A stretch of 53,478 bases of DNA, from contig JAACCU010000113.1 in the NCBI GenBank assembly GCA_009937405.1, positions 1 through 53,478 of the forward strand. Reading direction: 5' to 3'. Position 1 is the stretch's first letter; every line of letters begins with the position of its first letter. The notes beneath the pieces were generated by a model, which worked only from the letters and a program-made list of their open reading frames with translations, did not search any database and was not told the DNA's origin. Position numbers and translations under genes: made by a program. The stretch comes from Actinomycetota bacterium. GTDB lineage: Bacteria; Actinomycetota; Acidimicrobiia; Acidimicrobiales; Aldehydirespiratoraceae. Positions 27,753 to 36,845 of this stretch are shown here, in pieces.

Positions 27753-29000
27753 ATGACGGATCTACCAAAGATCATCTCTGTAGATGACCATGTCATCGAG
27801 CCGGCGAATCTCTGGATCGACCGCTTACCCAGCAAGTACCACGATGTTGCGCCCCGTAGCTATCGACTTCCTGTGAAGGAGATGACGTTCATCGGGGGCA
27901 AATTCACGGCGATCCCCGGCGAGGCTGGCGACGAGGGTGATCCGGTGGACTGGTGGTTCTACGAAGACCTTCGCCGCCCCCTGACTCGGCTTGACACTGC
28001 GGTCGGCTTTGCCCGAGACGAAGTGATACTCAAGGGCATCAGCTACGACGAGATGCTGCAGGGCTCCTACAAGCTTGACGAGCGTCTTTCCGACATGGAT
28101 GTCAACAACGTCGAGGCGTCGATGTGCTATCCGACCTTCCCTCGCTTTTGTGGTCAGACGTTCTCCGAAGCACAGGACAAAGAACTGGCCTTGTTGTGTG
28201 TCTAGGCCTACAACGACTGGACGATCGAGGAATGGTGTGCTCCGTCAGAGGGCCGACTGATTCCTCTCGGCATCGTGCCACTATGGGACCCCCACCTGGC
28301 CGCTGCCGAGATACGGCGAAACGCCGACCGGGGTGTGCACGCCGTGTGCTTCAGCGAGATCCCCGGCAATCTTGGGCTGCCGTCGATCCACGATGCTGAC
28401 GGCCATTGGCTCCCGTTCTTCGAGGCATGCAACGAGACGGACACCACGATCAATATGCACATCGGGTCGGGCTCCAAGATGCCCTCGACCAGCTCTGATG
28501 CTCCGGCTGCGGTAGGAAGCACGCTCACCTTCGCCAACTGCTGCTTCTCGATGGTGGACTGGCTGCTCAGCGGACACTTCACCACGTTTCCCAAGCTCCA
28601 GATCGCGTACGCAGAGGGCCAGATCGGGTGGATTCCCTACATCCTCGAGCGCGCCGACGCCGTGTGGGAAGACAACCGTGGCTGGGGTGGCATTGCCGAC
28701 AAGGTGCTCGAACCGCCGAGTGATCTCTTCCGCAAGCATGTGTATGGCTGTTTCTTTGATGACGCGTTCGGTCTGCAGTCGATTGCTGACATTGGTGAAA
28801 ACAACGTCACCTACGAGACCGATTACCCCCACAGCGACTCGACGTGGCCCCACAGTTCCAAGATCGCCGAAGAACAGACTCGCGGTTTGACCGAGGAGCA
28901 GATCTACAAGGTGCTGCGGGGCAACGCCATCAACATGTTGCACCTCGAGGACTACCGAGCAGCCGACAAGGCAGCTGGCATCTCCGTCTTCAGCTCGTGA
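27753..29000 (+). pseudogene. amidohydrolase_2 (ACMSD/LigW-type) family protein interrupted by in-frame TAG at 28203..28205
   Basis: ORFs 27681..28205 and 28275..29000 are in the same frame. Together they align end to end with the intact paralog at 40312..41559: LALLCV-stop-AYNDWTIEEW versus LAMACVEAYNNWMVEEW. N-terminus MTDLPKIISVDDHVIEP. Confidence 0.6.
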
Positions 29001-30547
29001 ACCGAACCGTCCCGGCGCTGGTTCACCGGGCGGCCCGAGAATTCGGCGATCTCGAAGCAGTGGTCGCCCAGGATGTGCGTTGGACGTTTGCCGAGCTGGC
29101 CGAGCGCGCTGAGCGCGCCGCCAGGGCATTCATCGCGGCGGGGGTTGAGCCCGGCGACCGAGTGGCGATCTGGGCCCCGAACATCCCCGAGTGGATTGAG
29201 GCTGTGCTGGGCATTCATCTGGCCGGTGGTGTCCTCGTGCCGCTCAACACTCGGTTCAAGGGTCCAGAGGCGGCCCAGATCCTCGATCGAAGCCGGGCAA
29301 AGCTGCTGCTGTGCGTCAACGGCTTCCTTGGCAATGATTATGTCGAGATGCTTGACGGATTCGAGCTCACCCATCTCGCCCAAACCGTGGTGCTCCGTGG
29401 CGAACAGCCGAACGGAACCATCGGCTGGGCCGAGTTTTTGAACACGACGACTGATGCCGCGTTGCCTGACGTCGGCGAGTCTGACCTGTCCGACATTCTC
29501 TTCACATCCGGCACCACGGGGCAGCCGAAAGGGGTGCTGGCCACTCATCATCAAACAGTTCGAGTGTTCACCGATTGGTCAGACATCATCGGACTTCGCC
29601 GCGGCGATCGTTATCTGATCGTCAACCCCTTCTTCCATACGTTCGGTTACAAGGCGGGCATTATCGCCTCGCTCATCCAGGGCTCAACCATGGTTCCTGA
29701 ACCGGTGTTCGACGTGCCGACCGTTTTGCAACGGGTGTCGGAGGAATCGATCTCGATGCTGCCGGGACCCCCGACCCTCTACCTGTCGATCCTCAACCAC
29801 CCAAATCGTTACGACTACGACCTGAGTTCGCTTCGATTGGCTGTCACCGGCGCGGCGGCAGTGCCAGTTGAGATGATCAATCGCATGCGGACCGAGCTCA
29901 CCTTTGAGACGATCCTCACCGCCTACGGCCTTACCGAGTCGACGGGAACTGTGTCGATGTGTCGCCCCGGCGATGATCCCGAAATCATCTCTTCCACGTC
30001 GGGAAGGGCGATTCCCGATGTCGAGGTCCGCATCGTTGATGGTGACAACCAGGAACTGTCATGTGGCGAACAGGGAGAGATTGTCGTTCGGGGGTACAAC
30101 GTCACCCAGGGCTATTTCGAAGATCCGCACGCCACCAACGAAGCGATCGACTCTGATGGATGGCTGCACACTGGCGACATCGGCGTGATGGACGCCGAAG
30201 GCAACATCGACATCACCGACCGGCTCAAAGACATGTTCATCGTTGGCGGGTTCAATGCCTACCCAGCCGAGATCGAGAACAGCCTGGTGTCGCACCCGGC
30301 AATCGCCAACGCTGCCGTCGTGGGCGCGCCTGACGATCGCATGGGCGAGGTTGGCCACGCCTTCATTGTCCTGCGGTCAGGTGAGATAGTGGGTGCCGAT
30401 GAAGTCATCGCCTGGTGTCGCGACCAGATGGCCAACTACAAAGTGCCCCGGGCCGTCCATATCGTCGATGCGCTCCCGCTGAACGCCAGCGGCAAAGTCT
30501 TGAAGTACGAACTTCGGCGTCTGATTGATGAATGGGAGAATCGATGA
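28997..30547 (+). CDS. AMP-forming acyl-CoA synthetase
   Basis: GTG 28997 overlaps the upstream TGA. Motifs LFTSGTTGQPKGV, GYGLTE-like YGLTES, and C-terminal NASGKVLK. Confidence 0.85.
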   Translation: MNRTVPALVHRAAREFGDLEAVVAQDVRWTFAELAERAERAARAFIAAGVEPGDRVAIWAPNIPEWIEAVLGIHLAGGVLVPLNTRFKGPEAAQILDRSRAKLLLCVNGFLGNDYVEMLDGFELTHLAQTVVLRGEQPNGTIGWAEFLNTTTDAALPDVGESDLSDILFTSGTTGQPKGVLATHHQTVRVFTDWSDIIGLRRGDRYLIVNPFFHTFGYKAGIIASLIQGSTMVPEPVFDVPTVLQRVSEESISMLPGPPTLYLSILNHPNRYDYDLSSLRLAVTGAAAVPVEMINRMRTELTFETILTAYGLTESTGTVSMCRPGDDPEIISSTSGRAIPDVEVRIVDGDNQELSCGEQGEIVVRGYNVTQGYFEDPHATNEAIDSDGWLHTGDIGVMDAEGNIDITDRLKDMFIVGGFNAYPAEIENSLVSHPAIANAAVVGAPDDRMGEVGHAFIVLRSGEIVGADEVIAWCRDQMANYKVPRAVHIVDALPLNASGKVLKYELRRLIDEWENR

Positions 30548-31653
30548 GAGGAATCGTCTACGACGGGTCCGAGACAAGGCTGGTTGACGGTTTGGAGTTG
30601 TGCGACCCCGGGCCCCGCGACGTCATTGTTGACATAGCGGCTGCCGGTCTCTGCCACAGCGACCTGTCCTACATGTCGGGCATCTACCCCGTGCCGAGTC
30701 CCGGTGTCTGCGGGCACGAGGGTGCCGGCGTTGTCTCCGCTGTTGGTGAGGCTGTCACCAACGTAAGGGTTGGTGATCACGTGGTCATCGCGACCCTGTC
30801 GGCGTGCGGAATGTGTGAAGCGTGTGGCGATGGTCGACCGACTGCGTGCCGGGCCACGCTCGGCCGTAGTCGCACGCCGTTTACCACCGCAGACGGCGAA
30901 CAGATTCATATGTTCGCCGCCACGAGTGCGTTCGCCGAAAAAACGATCGTTGCCGACATTCAGTGTGTTCGGATTCCCAAGGATGTGCCACTCACGTCTG
31001 CCGCCCTGATCGGGTGCGGTGTGGTCACCGGCGTTGGTGCGGTGATGAATCGGGCGCGCGTGCAGCGCGGCGAGACGTCCATAGTGTTCGGCGTCGGCGG
31101 AGTCGGCCTCAACGTCATCCAGGCGCTTCGGATCGCCGGTTCGCCGACGATCATCGCGGTTGATACCGTCCTCGAGAAGGAAGACCTTGCTCGCCAATTT
31201 GGCGCCACGCATTTCATTGACGGTGGGGCCGAAGATCTTGTGGCCCAGGTGGGGGCCATTGCTCCCCACAGCAGCCGGGCCGATCGTGGCTGGTTCAACA
31301 GTGGTGGTGTCGACTGGGCCTTCGACTGTGTTGCCCATCCCGACGTCACCTGGAACGCGTTGGAGTGTCTCGACTGGAATGGATCGGTTGTCGTGGTTGG
31401 CGTAGCGAGCCAGACCGCAGAATTCAAAGGCCTCTACTCTCGCCTCACCCAGGTGGAACGCGGCATCATGGGTTGCCGCTACGGCAGCATTTCTCCGCAC
31501 CGCGACATCCCTCGCATCATCGAGATGTATCGGGCCGGCGACCTCCTTCTCGACGAGTTGGTAAGCGCCACCCACCCGGTCGAGGACTGGGAGATTGCTC
31601 GAGATGAACTGGAATCAGGCAAGGTGGCCCGAGGCGTCATCACCTTCGGTTGA
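30544..31653 (+). CDS. zinc-type medium-chain alcohol dehydrogenase
   Basis: ATGA overlap with the upstream gene. Motifs GLCHSDLS, GHEGAGVV, CGMCEAC and GVGGVGLNVIQ. Confidence 0.85.
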   Translation: MRGIVYDGSETRLVDGLELCDPGPRDVIVDIAAAGLCHSDLSYMSGIYPVPSPGVCGHEGAGVVSAVGEAVTNVRVGDHVVIATLSACGMCEACGDGRPTACRATLGRSRTPFTTADGEQIHMFAATSAFAEKTIVADIQCVRIPKDVPLTSAALIGCGVVTGVGAVMNRARVQRGETSIVFGVGGVGLNVIQALRIAGSPTIIAVDTVLEKEDLARQFGATHFIDGGAEDLVAQVGAIAPHSSRADRGWFNSGGVDWAFDCVAHPDVTWNALECLDWNGSVVVVGVASQTAEFKGLYSRLTQVERGIMGCRYGSISPHRDIPRIIEMYRAGDLLLDELVSATHPVEDWEIARDELESGKVARGVITFG

Positions 31654-31661
31654 GTGGACCA

Positions 31662-33116
31662 ATGACGACGCTGCTCGATCTTCATGATGAGGTGGTGGCC
31701 ACCGACGGGGATCGCGAAGCGTTCGTGCAGCCGTTGGCCGATGGCAGGGTTCGACGGATCACGTTCGCGCAGTGGGCGGCGCATGCCGATGGTGTCGCTC
31801 AGAGGTTGATTGCCGATGGGGTACAACCCGGTGATGTGGTCGCCATCCACATGGCAAGTTCGATCGACTACGCAATCGCGTTCAACGCCATCCTTCGTGC
31901 TGGCGCCATCGCCACCGGAATTAACCCTCGACTCGGCTCGTCAGAGATCGCGCACATCAACGACCGGGGTCGACCCGTTCAGACACTCACGGCGTTGCCC
32001 AACTACGAGATGGGCGATCCGCAGGCTCGGCGAGTGAACATTACCAACACGGATCCTGTTGCAATCGTGTGGACGGGCGGCACGACGGGGATGCCAAAGG
32101 GGGCATGGTTCGACCACCGTTGTCTCGAGGCAATGGCTGAAGGGGCGGCTCCCCTCAGCGCGTTCGGTGACCGTCGACTCTCGCCACTTCCGTTCGCTCA
32201 CGTCGGTTACATGACCCGCATGTGGGATGAACTCAGCCACCGAGTGAGCACCATCATTGTTCCTTCACCCTGGACGGCGGAAGGAGCGCTGCGGGTCATC
32301 GAGTCTGAACGCGTCAGTGTCTGCCAAGGAGTGCCGACCCAGTACCGACTCATGTTCGACCACCCACTCGCTGCGGACATCGACGTTTCGAGCCTGCGGA
32401 TAGCGGGCATTGGAGCGTCGCGTATTCCTCCCGAACTTGTGATCGAGATGCAGGAGATCCTGAAGTGCCCGGTCGTTGTCCGTTACGCCAGCACGGAGAG
32501 CTGCCTTGCAACAGGGACGCGTCTCGACGATGACGTCGAGACGATTTGCGGCACCGTTGGTCGGCCCAACGGTGGCGTTCAGGTGCGGATTGCCGACGCC
32601 GACGACCGGCCCGTGGGCACTGGGCTGGTGGGCAACGTGCAGATCCGCAGCCGCGCTGTGATGCGTGGGTACTGGAACGATCCAGACCGGACGGCTGATG
32701 CGTTCACGCCCGACGGCTTCGTGCGTACGGGAGATCTCGGATCTCTCGATGCCAACGACAATTTGCGGCTGGCGGGGCGGTCAACAGAGATGTACATCCG
32801 GGGCGGCTACAACGTGTACCCGATCGAGATCGAAAATTGTTTGGGCGAGCACCCGGGCGTGGCCGCCGCCGCGGTACTCGGCACACGGGTCGATGATCGC
32901 CTTGGTGAGATTGGCGTGCTGTTTGCCGTTCCCGTTCCGGGCGCGGACCTCTCTCTGGACGAAGTGCGCGGGTTTGTCAGTGACCGCTTGGCCAATTACA
33001 AGGCGCCCGACGCACTCATCGAGGTCGAGCAGCTTCCGGTGACGCCGATCGGCAAGGTGGACAAACGTCGACTCCAACCCCTGGCAGCTGAGGAGGCCGC
33101 AACATGGACAAGATGA
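31662..33116 (+). CDS. AMP-forming acyl-CoA synthetase
   Basis: VWTGGTTGMPKGA, and C-terminal TPIGKVDKR. ATG 31662 (TTG 31650 is an alternative). Confidence 0.85.
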   Translation: MTTLLDLHDEVVATDGDREAFVQPLADGRVRRITFAQWAAHADGVAQRLIADGVQPGDVVAIHMASSIDYAIAFNAILRAGAIATGINPRLGSSEIAHINDRGRPVQTLTALPNYEMGDPQARRVNITNTDPVAIVWTGGTTGMPKGAWFDHRCLEAMAEGAAPLSAFGDRRLSPLPFAHVGYMTRMWDELSHRVSTIIVPSPWTAEGALRVIESERVSVCQGVPTQYRLMFDHPLAADIDVSSLRIAGIGASRIPPELVIEMQEILKCPVVVRYASTESCLATGTRLDDDVETICGTVGRPNGGVQVRIADADDRPVGTGLVGNVQIRSRAVMRGYWNDPDRTADAFTPDGFVRTGDLGSLDANDNLRLAGRSTEMYIRGGYNVYPIEIENCLGEHPGVAAAAVLGTRVDDRLGEIGVLFAVPVPGADLSLDEVRGFVSDRLANYKAPDALIEVEQLPVTPIGKVDKRRLQPLAAEEAATWTR

Positions 33117-34618
33117 ACTCAACGCTGTGGGCGAGCATTTGTGCTCGAGCGGAGGCGACGCCCCTGAAGCAGATGGCGGTCGATGAGGCCGGACGAACGA
33201 TGACGTTCGCCGAGTATCGAGCCGCGTGTGAGGTGTCAGCGGCCGGTCTCGCAGACCGTGGGGTCGGCGCGGACAGCGTCGTCTCTTGGATCTTGCCGAG
33301 CACCATCAAATCGCTGGTTCTCGCGGGCGCTCTCTCGCGCCTTGGTGCAGTGCAAAACCCGATTCTTCCCATCTACCGCAACAAGGAAATCAGTTTCATC
33401 ATCGGCCAGGCGAAGACTGAACTCTTGATCGTGCCGCGCCAGTTCCGAGGTTTCGATTTCGCCGAAATGGCCCAGGGGCTGGCCGTAGTGAATGGGGTCG
33501 AGGTCTTGGTGGTTGATCCCGAACTCCCATCGGGTGACCCTGCGGACTTGGTCTCCTTCGCCTCAACCGCTGACGACACCCGCTGGCTTTTCTACTCGTC
33601 AGGCACAACGGCGGATCCGAAAGGCGCCATGCACTCCGACGCGTCGATATCCGCCGCATCAGACGGAATGCAATCCGGCTGCCATATCAGCCTCGAAGAC
33701 AAGAGCGCCGTTGTCTTTCCCATCACCCATGTGGGAGGGCTTGTCTGGCTGTTCAACTCCATGCAGACCGGCGTCGAGCTCCTCATGGTCGAGACCTTCA
33801 GCCCGGCTACGTCACCTCAGTGGCTGGGTGAGCATGGATGTACGTGTGCGGGTGCTGGCACGGTCTTCTTTCAGTCGTACCTCGCCGCGCAACGAGCGCT
33901 GCCTGAGGGGGAACAGCTGCTCCCCGACGTTCGCATCTTCAACGGCGGCGGCGCCCCCAAACCACTGACTCTTCATGGGGAACTCGTCGAGACGTTCGGT
34001 GCCCCCTTGCTGAATGGTTGGGGCCTTACCGCAGCGCCGATCGCAACAATGGCCTCGGTGGATGACCCTCACGACAAGTTGGCAGCCACTGAGGGCCGGG
34101 CGGTTCCGGGAACTCAGCTTCGGGTGATGCTCGACAACGAAGAGATCGGCCCAAATCGCGAAGGCGAGCTTCAGGTCAAAGGCCCGCAGGTGTGCAAGGG
34201 ATACTTGGATCCACGCCTCGACGCTGAAGCGTTCGTCGATGGATGGTTCCGCACCGGTGACCTCGGCATGATCGACGACGATGGCTATGTCACCATCACC
34301 GGTCGTCTCAAGGATGTGATCATCCGAAAGGGCGAGAACATCTCGGCCAAAGAGGTCGAAGACATCATCAACTCGCATCCCGCGGTGGCCGAGGTGGCGG
34401 TGATCGGGCTCCCCGACGCAGAACGAGGAGAGCGAGCGTGCGCCGTGATCGTGGCGACCGGCGACCGGCCGCTGACTCTTGACGAGCTGACGGGACACAT
34501 TGCGACGTCATCGCTATCGAAGCACAAGTATCCCGAACAACTGGAGTTTGTAGATGCCCTCCCGCGTAACCCGACTGGCAAGATCCTGAAAAAGGATCTC
34601 CGTAAGCGGTTCGGTTAG
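33113..34618 (+). CDS. AMP-forming acyl-CoA synthetase (FadD3-like by position, unverified)
   Basis: FYSSGTTADPKGA, TGDLGMIDDDGYVTITGRLKD and NPTGKILKK. ATG 33113 makes an ATGA overlap (ATG 33104 is an alternative). It sits directly before an ACAD pair, as fadD3 does in mycobacteria. Confidence 0.8.
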   Translation: MNSTLWASICARAEATPLKQMAVDEAGRTMTFAEYRAACEVSAAGLADRGVGADSVVSWILPSTIKSLVLAGALSRLGAVQNPILPIYRNKEISFIIGQAKTELLIVPRQFRGFDFAEMAQGLAVVNGVEVLVVDPELPSGDPADLVSFASTADDTRWLFYSSGTTADPKGAMHSDASISAASDGMQSGCHISLEDKSAVVFPITHVGGLVWLFNSMQTGVELLMVETFSPATSPQWLGEHGCTCAGAGTVFFQSYLAAQRALPEGEQLLPDVRIFNGGGAPKPLTLHGELVETFGAPLLNGWGLTAAPIATMASVDDPHDKLAATEGRAVPGTQLRVMLDNEEIGPNREGELQVKGPQVCKGYLDPRLDAEAFVDGWFRTGDLGMIDDDGYVTITGRLKDVIIRKGENISAKEVEDIINSHPAVAEVAVIGLPDAERGERACAVIVATGDRPLTLDELTGHIATSSLSKHKYPEQLEFVDALPRNPTGKILKKDLRKRFG

Positions 34619-34625
34619 ATCCCGC

Positions 34626-34648
34626 GTTTCTGACGCAACGTCAGAAAC
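34626..34648. promoter_or_regulatory. palindromic operator-like site 9 of 13
   Basis: GTTTCTGACG-CAA-CGTCAGAAAC, with perfect 10-bp arms (core 34629..34645). It lies in the co-directional gap 21 nt upstream of ATG 34667. Confidence 0.85.
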
Positions 34649-34666
34649 CGGTAGGGTTTCATCTCG

Positions 34667-35866
34667 ATGGACCTTCGTTACACCGATGAAGAGCAGGAGT
34701 TCCGCCATGAACTCCGGACATGGCTCGACGGTGTCCTGCCTGAGATCGGGCCCGAGCCGCACCGCCAGGACTGGGCGGCCCGGCGCACCTATGAGACCGG
34801 TTGGCAAAAGCAGCTGCACGAGGCTGGGTACGCGGGCATCAACTGGCCGTCGGAGTTTGGTGGTCGTGGTGCCACGCCCACCGAGCACCTGATTTTCCTT
34901 GAGGAAACCGAGCGCGCCAAAGCTCCCTATGTCGGGATGAACTTCGTCGGGCTGCTCCACGCGGGCCCGACGCTCATCGTCGAAGCCAACGACGAGCAAA
35001 AGGCGAAACATCTGCCGGCGATCCTGCGCGGTGACGACGTGTGGTGTCAGGGATTCTCGGAACCGAATGCGGGAAGCGACTTGGCAAGTCTTGGCTGCCG
35101 AGCAGTGCGTGACGGCGACGACTATGTCGTCAGCGGTCAAAAGATTTGGACAAGCTTCGCCCATGTGGCTGACCACTGTGAGCTCCTGGTGCGCACCGAC
35201 GCCGACGTGCCCAAGCACCGCGGGATTACCTGGCTAATCATGGACATGACGGCACCCGGAATCGACATCCGGCCCCTTCGAACGATGGAAGGTTCCACGG
35301 AGTTCGCCGAAATGTTTCTCGACGAAGTCCGGATCCCCGTGTCAAACAAGGTCAGTGACGAGAACGACGGCTGGCGGGTGGCCATGACAACCCTCAGCTT
35401 CGAGCGGGGCACCGCGTTTGTGAGCGAGATGCTGCAGACGATGGAACTCTGTGCCGACCTTGCCCGGATGGCAAAGTCGATCACTCGCACCTCTGGAGTT
35501 GCATGGGACGACGTCGGGTTGCGTCGAGATATCGGTCGGATCGCGGCCGAGCTCGACGCCCTGTGGGCGCTCACGAAACGAAACATCTCCGAGGCCACTC
35601 GCACCGGGTTGGTCGGGGCCGGGGGCAGCGTTTTCAAGCTCGCGTACACCGATCTCCGACACCGGCTTGGCGACACTGCGCTTCATTTGCTCGAGCGGGC
35701 ATCACTCTCGCTTGACGACCTCGGCGAACTCCCGTCGGGCGAGCATGTGCAGGGCAGAATCCATGGCCTGTCGATGACGATTGCCGCCGGTACGACCCAG
35801 GTGCAAAAGAACATCATTGCTGAGCGCTTGTTGGGGCTTCCGAAGGAACCCAAGGTGGGCGGCTGA
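34667..35866 (+). CDS. acyl-CoA dehydrogenase (large subunit of an adjacent pair)
   Basis: GFSEPNAGSDLASL and AAGTTQVQKNIIAERLLGLPKEP. Confidence 0.9.
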   Translation: MDLRYTDEEQEFRHELRTWLDGVLPEIGPEPHRQDWAARRTYETGWQKQLHEAGYAGINWPSEFGGRGATPTEHLIFLEETERAKAPYVGMNFVGLLHAGPTLIVEANDEQKAKHLPAILRGDDVWCQGFSEPNAGSDLASLGCRAVRDGDDYVVSGQKIWTSFAHVADHCELLVRTDADVPKHRGITWLIMDMTAPGIDIRPLRTMEGSTEFAEMFLDEVRIPVSNKVSDENDGWRVAMTTLSFERGTAFVSEMLQTMELCADLARMAKSITRTSGVAWDDVGLRRDIGRIAAELDALWALTKRNISEATRTGLVGAGGSVFKLAYTDLRHRLGDTALHLLERASLSLDDLGELPSGEHVQGRIHGLSMTIAAGTTQVQKNIIAERLLGLPKEPKVGG

Positions 35867-36843
35867 TGGACTTCTGGCTCACTGACGATCAGGATGCGCT
35901 GCAGGAGGGGATTCGGTCGTTCGTTGATGGCCGGTTCCCGCTTGATGCCACCGCTGAGCGCGAAGAGACTGACGTCGTCGTGGATCTTGAGAAATGGCGG
36001 GAGCTCGGCGAGCTCGGCGTGTTCTCGCTGCGCGCCGACGGGTTCGACTTTCGCTCGGCTGTGCTTGTGTTCGAAGAGCTCGGACGGGGCTTGGTCCCGG
36101 GGCCCCTCGTACTGACGCATTTGGCGGCAGGCTTGATTGACGGCGCGGCCGACGGGTCGGTACGGGTTGGTCACTACGAACCCGGTCAAACTACGACCCT
36201 GATCGAACACTACGGGCAGCTGACTGATCTGTTGTGGCTGCGTGACGACGGGATCATTCGGCTTGACCCGACCTCGCTGGTGACCGCCGCGGTGGAACGG
36301 CCCCTCGACCCGCTGTCGCCGGTTACTGCGGTGCTCGATTCGGTTTCTGGCGAAGTAATTGGATCCTCAGAAGACTCGGCTCATGCTCGATTGGCGGGCA
36401 CTCTCCTTACCTCTGCGCTGCAGATCGGTGTCGCAAACGCTGCACTTGACCTGTCGAATACCTACGCCAAGGAACGCGAACAGTTCGGCCGCCCGATCGG
36501 CAGCTTCCAGGCCGTAAAGCATCTACTAGCCGAGATGCTTGTCAGGGCCGAGGTCGCTCGGTCGGCGGTGTATGCCGCCGCGTGTGCGCTCGATGGAGCC
36601 TCAGACGATGCCCCGGAGCGGGCTGTGTCGGTGGCCAAGGTCATGGCGGGCGATGCCGCAATCTTTGGTGGACGAACCGGAATCCAAGTGCACGGGGGCA
36701 TGGGATTCACCTGGGAAGTGCACATCCAGCGCTACTGGAAACGAGCGATTGTGCTTGACAACACATTTGGTTCATCCGATCACCATGCAGTGAAGGTGGC
36801 TGCCACCTTGACGAACCCACTGTTATCTGACGAGAGGTCTTGA
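35866..36843 (+). CDS. acyl-CoA dehydrogenase family protein (short partner subunit)
   Basis: 1-nt TGATG overlap with the upstream ACAD. 325 aa. Motifs EREQFGRPIGSFQAVKHLLAEM and GGMGFTWEVHIQRYWKRA. Confidence 0.85.
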   Translation: MDFWLTDDQDALQEGIRSFVDGRFPLDATAEREETDVVVDLEKWRELGELGVFSLRADGFDFRSAVLVFEELGRGLVPGPLVLTHLAAGLIDGAADGSVRVGHYEPGQTTTLIEHYGQLTDLLWLRDDGIIRLDPTSLVTAAVERPLDPLSPVTAVLDSVSGEVIGSSEDSAHARLAGTLLTSALQIGVANAALDLSNTYAKEREQFGRPIGSFQAVKHLLAEMLVRAEVARSAVYAAACALDGASDDAPERAVSVAKVMAGDAAIFGGRTGIQVHGGMGFTWEVHIQRYWKRAIVLDNTFGSSDHHAVKVAATLTNPLLSDERS

Positions 36844-36845
36844 GT

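Noticed and set aside
30436-31575. 379-aa minus-strand ORF opposite the alcohol dehydrogenase gene.
   Set aside because: This has the same antisense high-GC artefact pattern. The plus-strand product has complete Zn-ADH motifs.
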